From positions 14,942,001-15,006,000 of the forward strand of contig CM060733.1 of assembly GCA_030704615.1 (NCBI GenBank): DNA of 64,000 bases, in the 5' to 3' direction. Both the position numbers and the translations under genes were made by a program. The notes beneath the pieces are model-generated. The model was not told where the DNA came from, ran no database searches, and worked only from the letters and a program-made list of their open reading frames with translations. Shown here one piece after another: positions 49,601 to 62,820 of the stretch. The stretch's first letter is position 1. Each line of letters starts with the position of its first letter. This stretch comes from Takakia lepidozioides. Taxonomy: Eukaryota; Plantae; Bryophyta.

Positions 49601-50639
49601 TCACATTTTTGCCTCGGTTGTCCCACCATTGACTGGGGTCAGAAAAGTATTCATTCCAAAGCTTCTCCTCATCTCTGTTACCTCTTTTGGATACTTTCCT
49701 GTTGTCACATTGGCAGTATCATATCAAAGTCACTCCAAACTTTCCCAGGTTCACTCAACCAACTAACTTGCAGAATTCAACATGAAAATTTAGGGCCGAT
49801 TCTGATAAGAGGGAAAAAAAGGGTGGAATGTGTTGAAAAACGTGCCTTCATTAGCAAACCATTTTCTCATTAGTAGATTTCTTGTAGCCATTGATCCACG
49901 GGGAATCAGAACTAATCTTGTGTTTGAAATCCGGCCCCTCTTGGATGAACCTGGACCTCTATCCCTTGACCTTCAGCTATCCCTGTCTGTGTACAAATCA
50001 TGAATATTTGCTGCTAGCAGCTGACACTGACGGCGTGAAGTTCTTCTAGCAAACCCCAACCCTAATTATTACAGTAGTTCTGATTCTAAATTGCATCTAA
50101 TTCTCTCTAGTGTAGTCCAACATGCATTCACCTTTTTGTCTCCATTGTCCCGCCATTGAGTGGGGTCGGAAAAGTGTTCATTCCAAAGCTTCTCCTCATC
50201 TCTATTACTTGTTTTTGGATACTTTCATGCTGCCAAACAGGGCAAAACAGGATGAAATAGGTCAAAGAAGAAGGTATTATCACCACATTGTCATTACCTT
50301 GTGTCATGACCCATATCTGGATTTGACCGACCATCAACCCAAAAGGACCCTTTATGTGTGCTGCTTGTATCTGTAGTCAGGTAATGTCAGATTGGTATGT
50401 GAGATCGAACCACCACGGTGCAGCTGAGCAGGCAGAGATTGAAACACGGCTTGCTAAGACCAAGCTGACTCTCCCAAGAACGGCGAGCTTCTCCTCGTCT
50501 CGTCTCTATCCCAAAAACGATGAGCTCACAAGAATGTTGGGGTCTTCTCCTCGTCTCCTCTCATCCTCTTCTCCTTCCTGCATCATTTGCTCAAGAGTAG
50601 GAAGGTCTGCAAAGCCTCCATCCCATGCCCCTGCAAGAT

Positions 50640-51332
50640 CTTAAAATAATCTAGACCGTTAGATCCTGTAAAATCTAACGATTCAAAATAATTTCCATCA
50701 CATGATCTAACCTTGTACAACCATGACCATTGCGTATTTTAATCTCATATATCTTGAGATCCTTGTTAAGCCACGTCCATCCAGGTCCAATTTATTGAAC
50801 AGATATCAAATCGACACACCGTATAGGCGGATGGATGAACCCATCCATTGAATAAATTCATTAATGTATATGCCTTTTAAATGACACGTGTAGTGATGTA
50901 GTCATATATATAGAGTTATGAAACAATTTGCAGTAAGGGACTCATAAGTTTACATGCCATGTCATCGATGGATAAACTCATCCAATGGATGAATACATTC
51001 ATGTATGTGCTTTCAAAATGACACGTGTAGGGATGTAGTCATATAAATAGAGCTGTAAAACCATCTTCAGTCATGTAGTCACAAGATTCCATGAAACGTC
51101 GTCCACGTGTAGTCAAACATATCACACTAGTCATAAAACCATCCCTGTCATCATGGTCAACAATGTTTGACCAATGCTCCCTAATTTTCCAGAGTCATGT
51201 AGTGACATCCATTGCTATAAAGTGATAAAACTATGACTGCAACGCATTTCAGCGCTCTGTAGTCGTATACCTAGTGCCGTTTTTATGACTCCGCCAAATC
51301 CGTAGTCCTAAGAACGCTCATATCTTGTAGTG
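50640..51332. mobile_element. One end of a CACTA (En/Spm) element
   Basis: Terminal TCTTGTAGTG (reverse complement CACTACAAGA) ends at 51332, exactly where the Gypsy RNase H resumes; many subterminal GTAGTC/ATGACT repeats. Left boundary approximate. Confidence 0.7.
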
Positions 51333-54300
51333 TATTGGAGGAAGCTCAACATCAGGTCACTGTCTATACCGATTACAAAAACCTCGAATATTTTATGAGT
51401 GATCGTGTTTTGAATCGACGTCAAGCGAGATGGAGTGTGTCACTAGCAAGGTTTGATTTTGTTATTACCTACCGTCCCGGACATCTTCAAGGAAAACCAG
51501 ATGCTCTTTCTCGACGATCGTATCTTGCGCCAAAGGAATAGGATGCAGCTTTTGACCAACAAAAATCCATCATCTTGAAACCAACAAATCTCCAATTGAA
51601 TATGCTATCTATGTCCACCTATGCCGATGCAGAGATCATAAAGGAGATTCAGGAAGCGTTGAAGAGCGACCATTTTGCTACGACACTACGAAGTCAACTA
51701 AATCGACCTCGAGACAACCCACATGTTACAAACGACTTCAAATTCAAAGATGAATTACTTTATTTCAAGGGACTTTTATATGTACCTCCAGGACCTACAC
51801 GACTTCGAATTCTTCAAACATGTCATGATCTTCCGGCTGTAGGACATTTCGGCTTCAACAAAACAATGGAATTGATATCTAGGGACTATTGTTGGCCGCA
51901 GATGTGGAAACTCGTGAAAGAATTATAAAATCTTGCGACACGTGTGCTAGAGCGAAGGGACCACGACATCGACCTTACGGCCTTCTTCAACCATTACCTA
52001 TTCCCAAGGGTCCATGATCGTCCGTGTCTATGGACTTTATTACGGACGTTCCAATTTCCAAGACCACCGATTCAATCCTTGTTATTGTAGATCGTTTTAC
52101 GAAGATGACACATTCCATTCCATGTAATAAGACAGTTACCGGTAAGGAAACTGCAAGACTCTTCCTCAATAATATCTATCTCATTCATGGACTCCCGAAG
52201 GACATCGTATCTGATCAAGGACCACAGTTCATATCAAATTTCTGGAGGGGATTATTTCACATATTGGATATTAAGATCAATTTCTCTACAGGTAATCATC
52301 CACAGACTGATGGTCAAACCGAACGCGTAAACCAGATTTTGGAGCAGTATCTTCACTGTACGATAAATTATCACCAAGATAATTGGACGGACCTTCTGTC
52401 ATTGGCTGAGTTTGCCTACAACAACACTATATATTCTTCGACCAGACAAACTCCATTTTTTTCCAATTATGGTTATCATCCTCGAGCAAACCCTTTCCAC
52501 ATGAAGACTGTTGGAAGCCTTGCTGCAGAAAACCTTGCTACTCATCTTGCTACGATTCACAATGAGCTTACATTCCACCTCGCAGAAGCTCAAAAATAAT
52601 ACAAGGAGTATGCAGATCAACGTCGCCAACTCCAACCCCAGTTCAAGGTCGGAGATCGTATGTGGCTTCTTCGACGGGACATACAAACCTCGTGACCATC
52701 AAGGAAGTTGGATTATCAACGCCTGAGACCATTCAAAATTATTCGACAAATAAATCCGGTCAGTTTTCGGCTTGAACTCCCACGAAGTATGCGCATCCAT
52801 CCAGTCTTTCATGTTTTATTATTGGAGTTGTATCATCCATCGAATATTCCAGGGAGAGTTTCCGTACCACCTCCACCAATCGAAGTCAATCAGGAAATTG
52901 AGTTTGAAGTCGACGAAGTCGACGAAGTCCTAGATTCTCGCATCAAATATAAACGTCTCGAGTATTTCGTACATTGGAAATGCTACGATATTAGCGAACG
53001 AACGTGGGAACCTTCATCCAACCTCGCCAATGCACATGACAAAGTCCAAGAGTTTCATCAACGATATCCAGCTAAGCCCCGAGCTACACGTCAATAAGAA
53101 GTCACAACGATGATGTCAGCCAAGTTAGCTTCAAGGCGAAGACTCCACATTCAATGTATCTGATACACGCTAAAGGAGGGAGGAACACCACACATCAGTA
53201 TATATAGCTATACTTCCAGTACTCTTGCATCTTGTAATGGCAGCATGAAGTCATAGGAACCAGATACATTGGAGTTGTCGCTTGCCCAACTACCAGATCA
53301 GCCGTTCTGACTCTTACGACCTTCAACATCACGCCGATGCTCTCGAGACGATGGGCCACCAATGTGACGCGTACTTCCTCGTCTCAACCCTGTACGACGG
53401 CAAGTGGAGCCTACTCGAAGTCTGATAATTCTGTTGGAGGTTGAGGCTTTGGACCTAGAGGGTAACGAAATCATGTTTGAAGGCAACTTCGAAAATCAGA
53501 ATGCTCAAATCACTACGTGGTCCCAAGTTCAAGGTGTTGGACATTATCAATGGTTGCAGAGACCTATAAATCATTTGAGTCAAGAACGAAGAGCTGAATA
53601 CTTGGTAAGTACCATTTACCGGATTTTGGATTTTCTCCAACTCTAAGCAAGTCCAAGATTTTACCGTTCTTCGAGGGATTCGGCGCTAGAGGAGGGGTGA
53701 TGTCACGGACATAGCCTATAGAAACTTATCATGAGTAAATACCATAAGTTATAAAGTTACCATGTTACCGAAAGTTATCACGACTTATCGTGCTTTACCA
53801 TGATCTACCATGATTTACTATTAATTATCAAATTACCGGAAATTTACCAAATTATCAAGAGTAACTTGGGAAACTGCTCAGGAAGCTTCATTTGGAGGAA
53901 ACTTCTCCATCAAGATACCTCATTTGCTTAAGGAAGCTTCTCCATCAAGAAACCTTTGTTAATCTTGGAAACTTCTCCATCAAGAAACCCTTATAGGGGA
54001 AGCTTGGGACAGGTATGCAGAATCTTGTTCTATGCTGTTCTGCAAATTCTCGTTATGCTTTAATTCGCAACATCTGAAGGGCCTTAGGGAAGCTTCTTAG
54101 AGCCAGTATATATAGGAGACGAAGAACTTCTAGCGATTATCGATGTTTTTGAGGAGTGGCGTCGTCTATAGGAGGGAGCTAAATATTATGTCACTGTCTA
54201 TACCGATCACAAAAACCTCGAATATTTTATGAGTGCTCGTGTTTTGAATCGACGTCAAGCGAGATGGAGTATGTCACTAGCAAGGTTTGATTTTGTTATT

Positions 54301-55765
54301 ACCTACCGTCCTGGACATCTTCAAACCAGATGCTCTTTCTCGACGATCGTATCTCGCCAACACCAGTTCAAACTACTCTTGTTTCCAGTTCCCAGTACTC
54401 TAGTCCAGTTTCGAGTATCTGGTACTCCAGTCCAGTTTCCAGCATTCCAGTATTCAAGTCGTGTTCCAATATCTTGTACTTTTGTTCATTGTTATAAATA
54501 TCATCTTGATTCCTATTTACTCATCATGCATTCGGCCATGCCGACCTTGACTTCTTGTCTAGTCTTGTATCTCTAGTTTGATCTCTTGTTTGTGTTCAGT
54601 CGTGTTCTCGTCCTTGACAGCTGGTGCCATGAGGTATACAAGATAGTAGTCCATTGCTCATAACCTGTGATTTGCATACAAATAAACTATGACATTGTAT
54701 CAGTTGCATCTGGTAAACCATCTGGGCTACCCCCTCAGCTTTACATCCTTCATTTTGGGCAGGTTTCGGTGAATCATGACTATCGGCTTTGCTGTCCGCG
54801 TGGGAAGTGAAGTTGGAAAGAGTGGCTGGTGTGAGGCGGGAAAATGAGAGTGGAGGATGGATGGAAGCCACTGGTCTAGACTAATCTCAGAGTGATGAAC
54901 AGTGCCTGCGACATGATAATCCGCAATTCATGTCAGTTGTGCTTCAAAGTGCGCACAAGGGGGGGGCAATGCTAGGTACATACAAAAGAAGTAAAGAAAA
55001 GAAAAGAAAAAGAAGAAAGAAAGAAAAGAAAAGAAGTTACTTGCATCAACAACATGAGATTTCAAATCTCTCCACACCTCTGAATTGTTGATTCTCCAAT
55101 TGCAACCTCCCAGTCCAATTGCCACGGTCAGCTAGAAACAGAAAGTGGAAGCATGTAAAGATCCCCACAATGACCTTCGAGCCAGTACGGACCTTTTTAA
55201 CACCTGTTTCAACTACAGACGCCAAAATCCATTGTGTTTCCAGGCCACGCTGAGGATTCTCAAACTGACGCCTGCACCTTTGGGCTAGACTTTGCCATCC
55301 TGCATCATCACGAGGTGCCAAGCTACATTGTTAATTTCCTGCAACAATCCTGATGGCAACGTGCTTCCTCTACTGACAGCTCTACTGTCACAACAACGTG
55401 GCACAAAAGCTCACTAAAGATGACTGAGGACTGAACAAATCAATAAAAAATCAGCACTCAACTACAAAACTAAAATAGAGATTGGTCTATTGATCAGACA
55501 GCCTCCACTATCAAACTGAAATTAGCAACGACAGCCAATGGCCAATGCAGCTCTAGCAGTAGGATGAGACATATGGCACCAAATCAACAAAGACCATGAC
55601 TAATGTGGATGCTACCAGTAAAGCTCAAATATTATGCCCCGGTGCACATAATTGCATCCAAATCTTGATACATCATTTCACTTTTTCAAATGCTTCCATA
55701 AACGTACCACAAAAAAAGATTCTATGGAAGGACCAGGGGAAGAGGAAGGTAAGAAATCCCTGTAC

Positions 55766-56287
55766 CTTCTGAAGAAAGAGGGCCTCCACTGGCAGAAGGC
55801 ACTCTCCACTGGAATGACTTGAAATATGTCTCGATGTCTAGTCCTGCAAACGTCTTTTCCAGGTAGTTTGCAATACCCTTTTTGCTGGAGAATCTCTTCT
55901 TTCTACCTTTGCGGGCCAGACTCTCGGGAAAGAGCATACATCTATCTGTCTATCCAATAGCCATTGTTGGCTCGTTGCCGGACCCTCCAGCCCCATTTAT
56001 CATTGGGACTGGGCCATCCTTCCGGAGCATACGGCCATCCTACTCCACTTTCACGTGCCTTGACGGGCCTTCGGGGACAAGATTCCTCGCCTGGAAGCGG
56101 TGGAGGTCCAGACGTCGACGGAGGCTCCAACGGTGGAGGTAAAGTGGACTGGTGACGGCTTCATTGCAGGAATTGCCATGCATTCAAGACTTGTCGAGCC
56201 TGGTTGCAAGTCTGACACTAGACTGGCGGAAGGTTCACCTAATGAGGACGATGCTATTTCCGACCGAAACAAGTTAGAGAAAGACAT
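55766..56287 (-). pseudogene. DUF7081-like (OBERON-like N-terminal domain) gene first exon, copy B, frameshifted
   Basis: RPVKARESGVGWPYAPEGWPSPNDKWGWRVRQRANNGYWIDR / LFPESLA..FSSKKGIANYLEKTFAGLDIETYFKSFQWRVP; 4-bp duplication frameshift near 55945; GT donor after 55766. Confidence 0.65.
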
Positions 56288-56973
56288 TGACGGATCAAGA
56301 GAAGACAACCGTGAGACAGGCTGCGTAGCTAAATCTGGAGGAGATGAGAAAACTGCGGAAGCGGAGAGCAAAGGGGGTGTCCGAGAGTAGATGACGAGAC
56401 TCCAGGTAGTGTCAAGAGATAAAGGGCCGACAATTGTAACAGGGGACGTGCAATGACGAAAGAACGGAGACGAACAAAGGATTTGCTGCTGAATCCAATC
56501 GACCCTTCCCTCACTTTTGAATGCATGACCGCTTAACGGTCCTGGGAACTTGTACCGTTTCGGGATGAATGTTGACGTTTTCTGGCAGATCTTGGATGTA
56601 TGGGTGGGGGGGGGAAAGAAAGTAAGACAAATAACGTCGGACGTGGCAACAACGCTGTTGGGAACGTGAGCAAGAAAAACCGTTCCCATGACGATGGATC
56701 CAGGTGGTTTAGATTTCCTGCATGATGCTCATCCTCATGAAATAGCAACCCAGTGGCCCTCCCAGTTTGGAAAGGCTCTTCTCGACGCTTTTGATGTCTC
56801 ATGGGCCAAGAACAACCTCCTCTGCACCCATTGTTAATGAACTCAATATATATATGTGGATTGAGTGTATGCAACTGCTTTCAAGCGTTAAGGTGAGACA
56901 AAAAGACAGATTTTATTGGCGTGAATTCGAAGGGATCAAATGCTTAAGCTGATGTAAGGAGGGATTTGAACAG

Positions 56974-57217
56974 GTTTGCATCATCATCATTAGTGATGAA
57001 TCATCTTTGGGGCATCCAAGGCACAGAGCTTGTCACCTTCATGGATGGGGTTGGAGCTCTGGACAAGGTCCGCAGTGTGCGCGTGCGGCTCTCTCAGATG
57101 AGACTCTGCGATGGACCTTTGTTGCAGCAGCAATGTAAGGTTCTTGTCTTCAGACACATGGTCCAATGAGGTTTCATTATGATAGAGAGAGAGGTTCTCA
57201 CTTTGCTTTTGATTGAT
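56974..57217 (+). pseudogene. COR413 copy 4 (exon 2 with 1-bp deletion plus start of intron 2)
   Basis: cag|GTTTGCATCATCATCATTAG...GCAGCAAT|gtaagg, 161 bp instead of 162. A further piece of intron 2 lies in the opposite orientation at ~58306-58393. Confidence 0.88.
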
Positions 57218-57244
57218 GTTAATGGTATGTAACTAAGAGTTGTA

Positions 57245-57900
57245 GGATGGCACGCTGAAATCATCAAAGCTGCGCTCAAGCCAGACATCTTCCTACTCAG
57301 TGCTCTTGTGAACATGTCTGCCAAGTGAGGGAGCCTGGTGGACGCATGCCAAGTGTTTGATGAAATGCCTGAACGAGATTTGCTTACATGGACTATAATG
57401 TTGGCAGGATATGCCAAGAGCGGGCGTTCTGAGGACGCTCTCAAGCTCTACTAGCAAATGCAACGGGAAGGGGTCAGACCCGTAACATTCACTTGCATTC
57501 TCAGTGCATGTGCCAGCCTCTGATGGGATTGCATCAGATATGATTATGGAGGGGGCCTTGCTCGGTGCCTGTAGAGTTCGCAGCGATTTGAACCTAGCAT
57601 CGAGCGTGCAGCAAAAGGCCTTCTTGAGTCGGATCCACACCACCCTGCAGCCTACGTGCTGCTCTCAAACGTCTATGCTGCAGCTGGCAGGTGGGACGAT
57701 AAAGCAAAGGTGAGAAAGATGATGGAGGACAGAGGTATCAGAAAGGAGACAGGGCGGAGCTGCATTGACGTTGATCCAAGCAGATACATACATTTGTTGC
57801 AGATGACAAACTGCATCCACAAATTGAGGAAATCCATGCTGAGCTGAAAAGGTTGTCTGGGCAGATGAAGGAGGCCGGGTATGTGCCTGATACGCGATTT
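57245..57900 (+). pseudogene. PLS-PPR with E/E+ domains and the start of a DYW domain (RNA-editing factor) pseudogene
   Basis: SALVNMSAK*GSLVDACQVFDEMPERDLLTW..GY; ALLGACRV; AAYVLLSNVYAAAGRWDDKAKVRKMMEDRGIRKETGRS; HPQIEEIHAELKRLSGQMKEAGYVPDTRF; stops and deletions present. Confidence 0.9.
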
Positions 57901-59999
57901 ATATAAGTATTGCACCTGCATGGCAACCAAGTCTTACAGAGATTTTAATGAGAAGCACAACATCTTCATTAAAACAGCACCAAAACAACATCTCTGTTTT
58001 GGACCTGCTGCTGAAGTCTCGGGTGATATCACTATGAATGAAAGCAAAGAAAAAGCAAAGAGTGCATGTATCAGAGCGGCTATCTTAGACATTGCCGACA
58101 CCTAACAACAACATCCCAGCACTATGTAGTGCTGTGTCTTTGTCAGGAATTTTGTAACCTGTAATCCATCCCTGTGGCATCTGTTGGTAAACTCTTCAAG
58201 TGAAATTCCTCCAGTGTGATATTATTCTGGTGAGGAGAATTTGATCACAGTGACTAGACTTGACTGTGTGCTTTGCTCTATCTGTCTTCTCATTTCCTAT
58301 TTCAATGTTACGAATTCATGTCACATCAGTTCTTCCTCTGAACCTTTTTTCCTCAACACACATCCCTGTATCCTTATCCACTGAGGGCCCAACTGAAACT
58401 CACTGAACATATCTGAAAGCTCCTACATACTTCAAAGAAAGCTGATTTCATGACAGGCTTCTTGTTACACATTTACAAGCTTACAAACCTACCGCAGCCA
58501 TCTACTATGAGAATGCACTACATCCTTTCTATCCTGTTTCAGTTGGAACCTGGTGTTCATCGTAAGAACAATACCCGTTGATATCTTGGCCTGCACGCTC
58601 TGAAAGCCAGAGCACGCTGCCATCCGAATTGCTATCTACTGAGAGAAGAGAAGTGGAGGGCAGATGTACAACTTCACACTGCACATGGCGTGTATATCAT
58701 ACATGTTATAACGTATTCAGTATTTGACACATTTATATGGGGACTGTGACGTAGCGCAGGGTTTAAGGGTTTCGGAACTCCAGCAAACACTTCCCTGACT
58801 TGAGCATGCACATGAGACGGTCTCTAGTCTCTACAGGTAAACTCGTTTTGTAGGGGTCGAATGCAGGATTCTCCTTCTTGTTAGAGATCACCTCGCACCT
58901 TCATTTTAATCTCTTTTCCTTTGTTTGAAGATTTGATGGTCGACCTCCATGGTTGCGCACGAGGTTTTCAGCAGCAATCTTTTCCCTAGATGTTTTGTAA
59001 CTTTTTATGAGACCTTGCATCAAATAGATTCAGCCTGTATATTATTAAGTGATCGAATGCAGTGTGAGGTTTGCCTGGTAATCATGAAATCTGTTCTAGG
59101 TGCTTTACAAATTGGGAAGAAATCCAATGTGACCGTCACTGCAGGTCAACAAGATTGAGTGCAATTTTATAGCAGGCCCTACAATGATGGAGGGAAAAGT
59201 TTGTGGTTTGAGGCACGGCAACCATGGCTTCCACATCCATGCTCTTGGTGATACCATCCTTGTTTTATACTACTAATACTGGTAATCTACTCAATGTAGT
59301 AGTTAGGCTACCTTGTACAGTTAGCAGCTCGGGCATTATGACACAAATGCTTCTGTATGCAGAACTTAGACTCTCTAGTTCTTGGACCTTCATTTTTCAC
59401 AAGATGTACTTGGACATCCAGTCAGTGTGCAGCTCCCACCATATTCATGATTCCGGTTCCAACCAAATGCGCTCTGTAGCACTCCCTGGAAAGTACGGGG
59501 TTTTCCTTGTACCTATTAATATTCCTGGTCTCATCAACTAAACATTTTGTGTAGGTAGTCATCTGAGTTTCAGACACCTTATTATTGAAAAACAGCTTAT
59601 GTGGCTTGTCAACATTGAAGCATACACAACTTGCTGGGCATGGGGGTTCAGAGGCCCTCCAGAAACTCAAACATCACAACCTATATTGGATCAACATAAA
59701 TTACATGGGACACCTTACAGCTGCTCATCCTTGCAGGATCTGAGATCTCAGCGACCCGCACCCCTAATTATAGTCATGATCAATAGTGTCTTCCAACATC
59801 ATCTTAAAATCCACAAACAGAAACAAGAACCGGCAAAACTGCTGACAGAATTTCATAAGAAGTAAGAGCAGTGACAGTCACTGAAATGCTAGTATGCTCT
59901 TTGCCATTGCAAATAGGAGCAAAGATTAGAGGAAATTTTCTTATATATAAAATACCCATGTTTAGTAGCTCTACTAGCTCTGCATCATTTACAAAAACT

Positions 60000-61102
60000 A
60001 CACATTTCTGTCAAAACTAAGATGGCTAACAAAACCACGCTCTGAAGCTTGCAAGACTGTTGTGTTCGGGGCAAGAGGAAGCCAGCCCCACGATGCTTGC
60101 CACAAGTTATACACCAACGTCCGTGCCTGATCAGTCTTGAACAGGATGAGACCATCACACCCTATAGCGTTCCATCAACCCCCTCTTTTCAAGTGATGTT
60201 CGAATAGTTCCTCACACAACAGTTCTGGAATTGTCCCTACCTCCTTCCACTGTCTGGTGGAGAATGTTAATTCCCACAAACCTATCGCTTTTGGGATGTC
60301 ACAGGGTGGCAACCCTAAACGGCCAGTAGGGCCAACCAGAAAGAGGCGCCCACTGCTCCCTAACGAGGTATCGGGGACCGTATACACAAGTAGTGGGCAT
60401 CCATGTATCAGTCCAGACGCCACTCGTCATGTTGTATGTTAGCAATCTCCCGGGTATCTTTGAGTCGCATATGTAAGAGATGGCGTACAGAACATCACCA
60501 CACATAACGCTTCTTATTGAGTTCAATCCTCGCTTGCTATTATATTGTACAGGCATGCTGATAGCTTTATTCCAACAGTTCGAGATTGAGTCATACACAT
60601 GCTTTTTGCATGACCTGTCTATCATAAGAACCTTATAGGAGCCCCCCTCGTGCACCACCGACTGCACCAATGCAGCATTCAAGCTTCTCGAGGGCAGTGG
60701 TCTGCAGCATTTTGACAACGGGTTGCACACGGTGTACTAACCATGGCCAGCGTCTGTTGGTGACGTGATCAAGAATAGACCTCTTGCCGCTGACACAAGA
60801 TAGTGCCACACCGGGTAACCTAATCTAGGCAATGGCTGTCCCAGGCATTGTAATAGGTCGATGGTTGTCCAGCCACCAACAAATGGATCAAAAACTTGCA
60901 CTTTGAAATCCGAGCAAAACAGAAAGCATGGCCCATATCTCCCAGGCTTGCGAAGCGCCAAGAAGCATGGATCCAAAATAAGCAAAGTCCATCGCTTGCA
61001 CACACGGCGAAATCGCTGAAGTCGTCCGTATGGTAGGAATGGCAACACATGACACTCCAACAACTCGGAAGGGAGCTTGCTCCACAGTCTCGAGTCCATC
61101 CA
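60000..61102 (-). pseudogene. F-box (kelch-like beta-propeller) protein pseudogene
   Basis: N-terminal F-box LWSKLPSELLECHVLPFLP...RFRRVCKRW, then LVSAARGLF, premature stop at ~60737, VCNPLSK, and LVYNLWQASWGWLP near the end; frameshifts. Confidence 0.85.
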
Positions 61103-62212
61103 TGGTCTCGGTCTATGCTTTTTAATGCTTAAGTCGGTCTATGTTTTTCAATGCTGAAGTAGGTCCTGAGCAAGGCTCAAAGCAACCTCAACTTATTATT
61201 ACACTTGCTTTTCTTGTACAAGCATCCTCATTTTTCCCAAAACTAGCGGGAAAAAAAAAACATTTTTCCTTTTTCGGAAAAAGGGGACAGTAATCTTTGA
61301 AAAGTGGGAAAGAGTAGGGTTTAATCGGCTTCTCCTTAAGTTAAACCTAAGTTAAACCACTTTTGGTTGATCTTTAGCTCCATAAGAAGTTAGAACCCCC
61401 CAAAAATCTTTTTTCGTGACATTTATTTCATTTTCATTTTTATTTTATTTGTTTTGAACCCAATTTACGGAAAGCAGCTAGAGCCTTTCCTTCCAACAGA
61501 ATAAAAAAGAAACATAAACAACACATTCGTCCCTGCTTGCGTATGCATATTTTGTATAAGTCAACGGACGCAAGTAAAATACGTGAATTGAAACTTGTGG
61601 ATCCACCAGAGTAGACAGGCCTACACAATCATCCATATATAACACAATACCCTTTATGAGACTACAGATTCTTTGTACTAGGACATAGAATCTTTATCCC
61701 AGGCCATGGAATCTTTACCTGGGCTATAGAATTTTTATCCCGGGCCATAGAATCTTCCCCACCTTCCACACCCTCTCTAGGCCCGGACTACTGATGTAAG
61801 TGCATGGCGTTTTATATGTGTTCCCATCAAAAAATGAATGTGGAATCCTCAAGAATAAAAGCCCCGGATATACCATGTCTTGGGCTATGGAATATGGTCT
61901 TGGGATATAGAATATTGTCTCGGAATATGGAATATTGTCATGGGCTTTGGAATCTTTAGCAAGTGCTTTAGAATCTTTCAAAGTATGGCCCACCACCCCC
62001 CGTCCTTCACGCATGGAAATGGCATTCTCTCCGGGGCTTCTGATTTATGGGCCTCGTCACTCCGCTACGCCTCCAGCCATGGGCCCCTTGCACAAGCCTT
62101 TACTCTACACAAAACTAAGCCTGACAAGGCCTGATGATGATAAAGAACGCTTGCATGCATGTGCGTGTGTGCACAAAGTCGTGTCAAATGTCGTGCACCT
62201 CACTTTGGTAAG

Positions 62213-62820
62213 CTCCCCTTCAAGTTATAGTTACTCGCTTGATGCGCACGCCTAACTCCCAAACTGGCCGCCGGGCCAACTCGGAGCTTCGGCTGCGCAC
62301 CGGGACATAACGGTCCCCTCTCACTCTCTCACTGGATCCTCGACCCGCAACTGTCGGTTTGAGGCATCGAGTAAAAGCTACTGAACACGAGATTAAAAAC
62401 CAAAAGCTGGACAAGGGAAACTGCTCCAAGATCGACCGCTTCATTCCGGACCCAAATACTCAAAAAAGATCTTCGAATTAGACTAGTGTGCGTGCCATAC
62501 CTCAACAGTAGCCTGCCATTTCCAATGCCGGCGTCCCATACTAGCGAGTGCGACGGCGTGAGTGACGCTAGGTATGAAAACACGACTTTGGATAGATCGC
62601 CTTCCCAAGTGAATACGCACCTACTTGCTTCGCGAATAAGCTTGTCATCCCTCCACTCACCTTCTTCTCCGTTTGTACCTCCAGCCTGTCGTGTACCTCA
62701 CTTCGGTACTTACTCTCCTTCAAGCCATAGTTACTCGCTTTGATGCGCGCGCCTAACTCCCAAACTGGCCGTCGGGCCAACTCGGAGCTTCGGTTGCTCA
62801 CCGGGACATAACGGTCCCCC
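62213..62820. repeat. ~105-bp direct repeats flanking the methyltransferase exon
   Basis: CCTTCAAG..ATAGTTACTCGCTT..GCCTAACTCCCAAACTGGCCG..GGGCCAACTCGGAGCTTCGG..ACCGGGACATAACGGTCCCC at ~62213-62318 and ~62714-62820. Confidence 0.85.
62501..62648 (-). pseudogene. Isolated first exon of a SAM-dependent methyltransferase (embryo-abundant-protein-like)
   Basis: MTSLFAKQVGAY..IYPK / FSYLASLTPSHSLVWDAGIGNG (motif I-like), frameshifted, followed by a GT donor. Confidence 0.7.

Larger units (their letters stand above)
46370..54619 (+). mobile_element. Ty3/Gypsy chromovirus (Tcn1-like), defective; protease-RT region replaced by host and CACTA DNA
   Basis: LTRs 46370-46751 and 53701-54619. TSD GTTGG/GCTGG. 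PPT GAGGAGGGGTGA. Gag PKVSMPEKFDG..DPMQID, RNase H end [16 protein letters not shown], integrase SMDFITD..HPQTDGQTERVNQ, chromodomain EFEVDE..LDSRI..EYFVHWK..TWEP. Confidence 0.93.
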
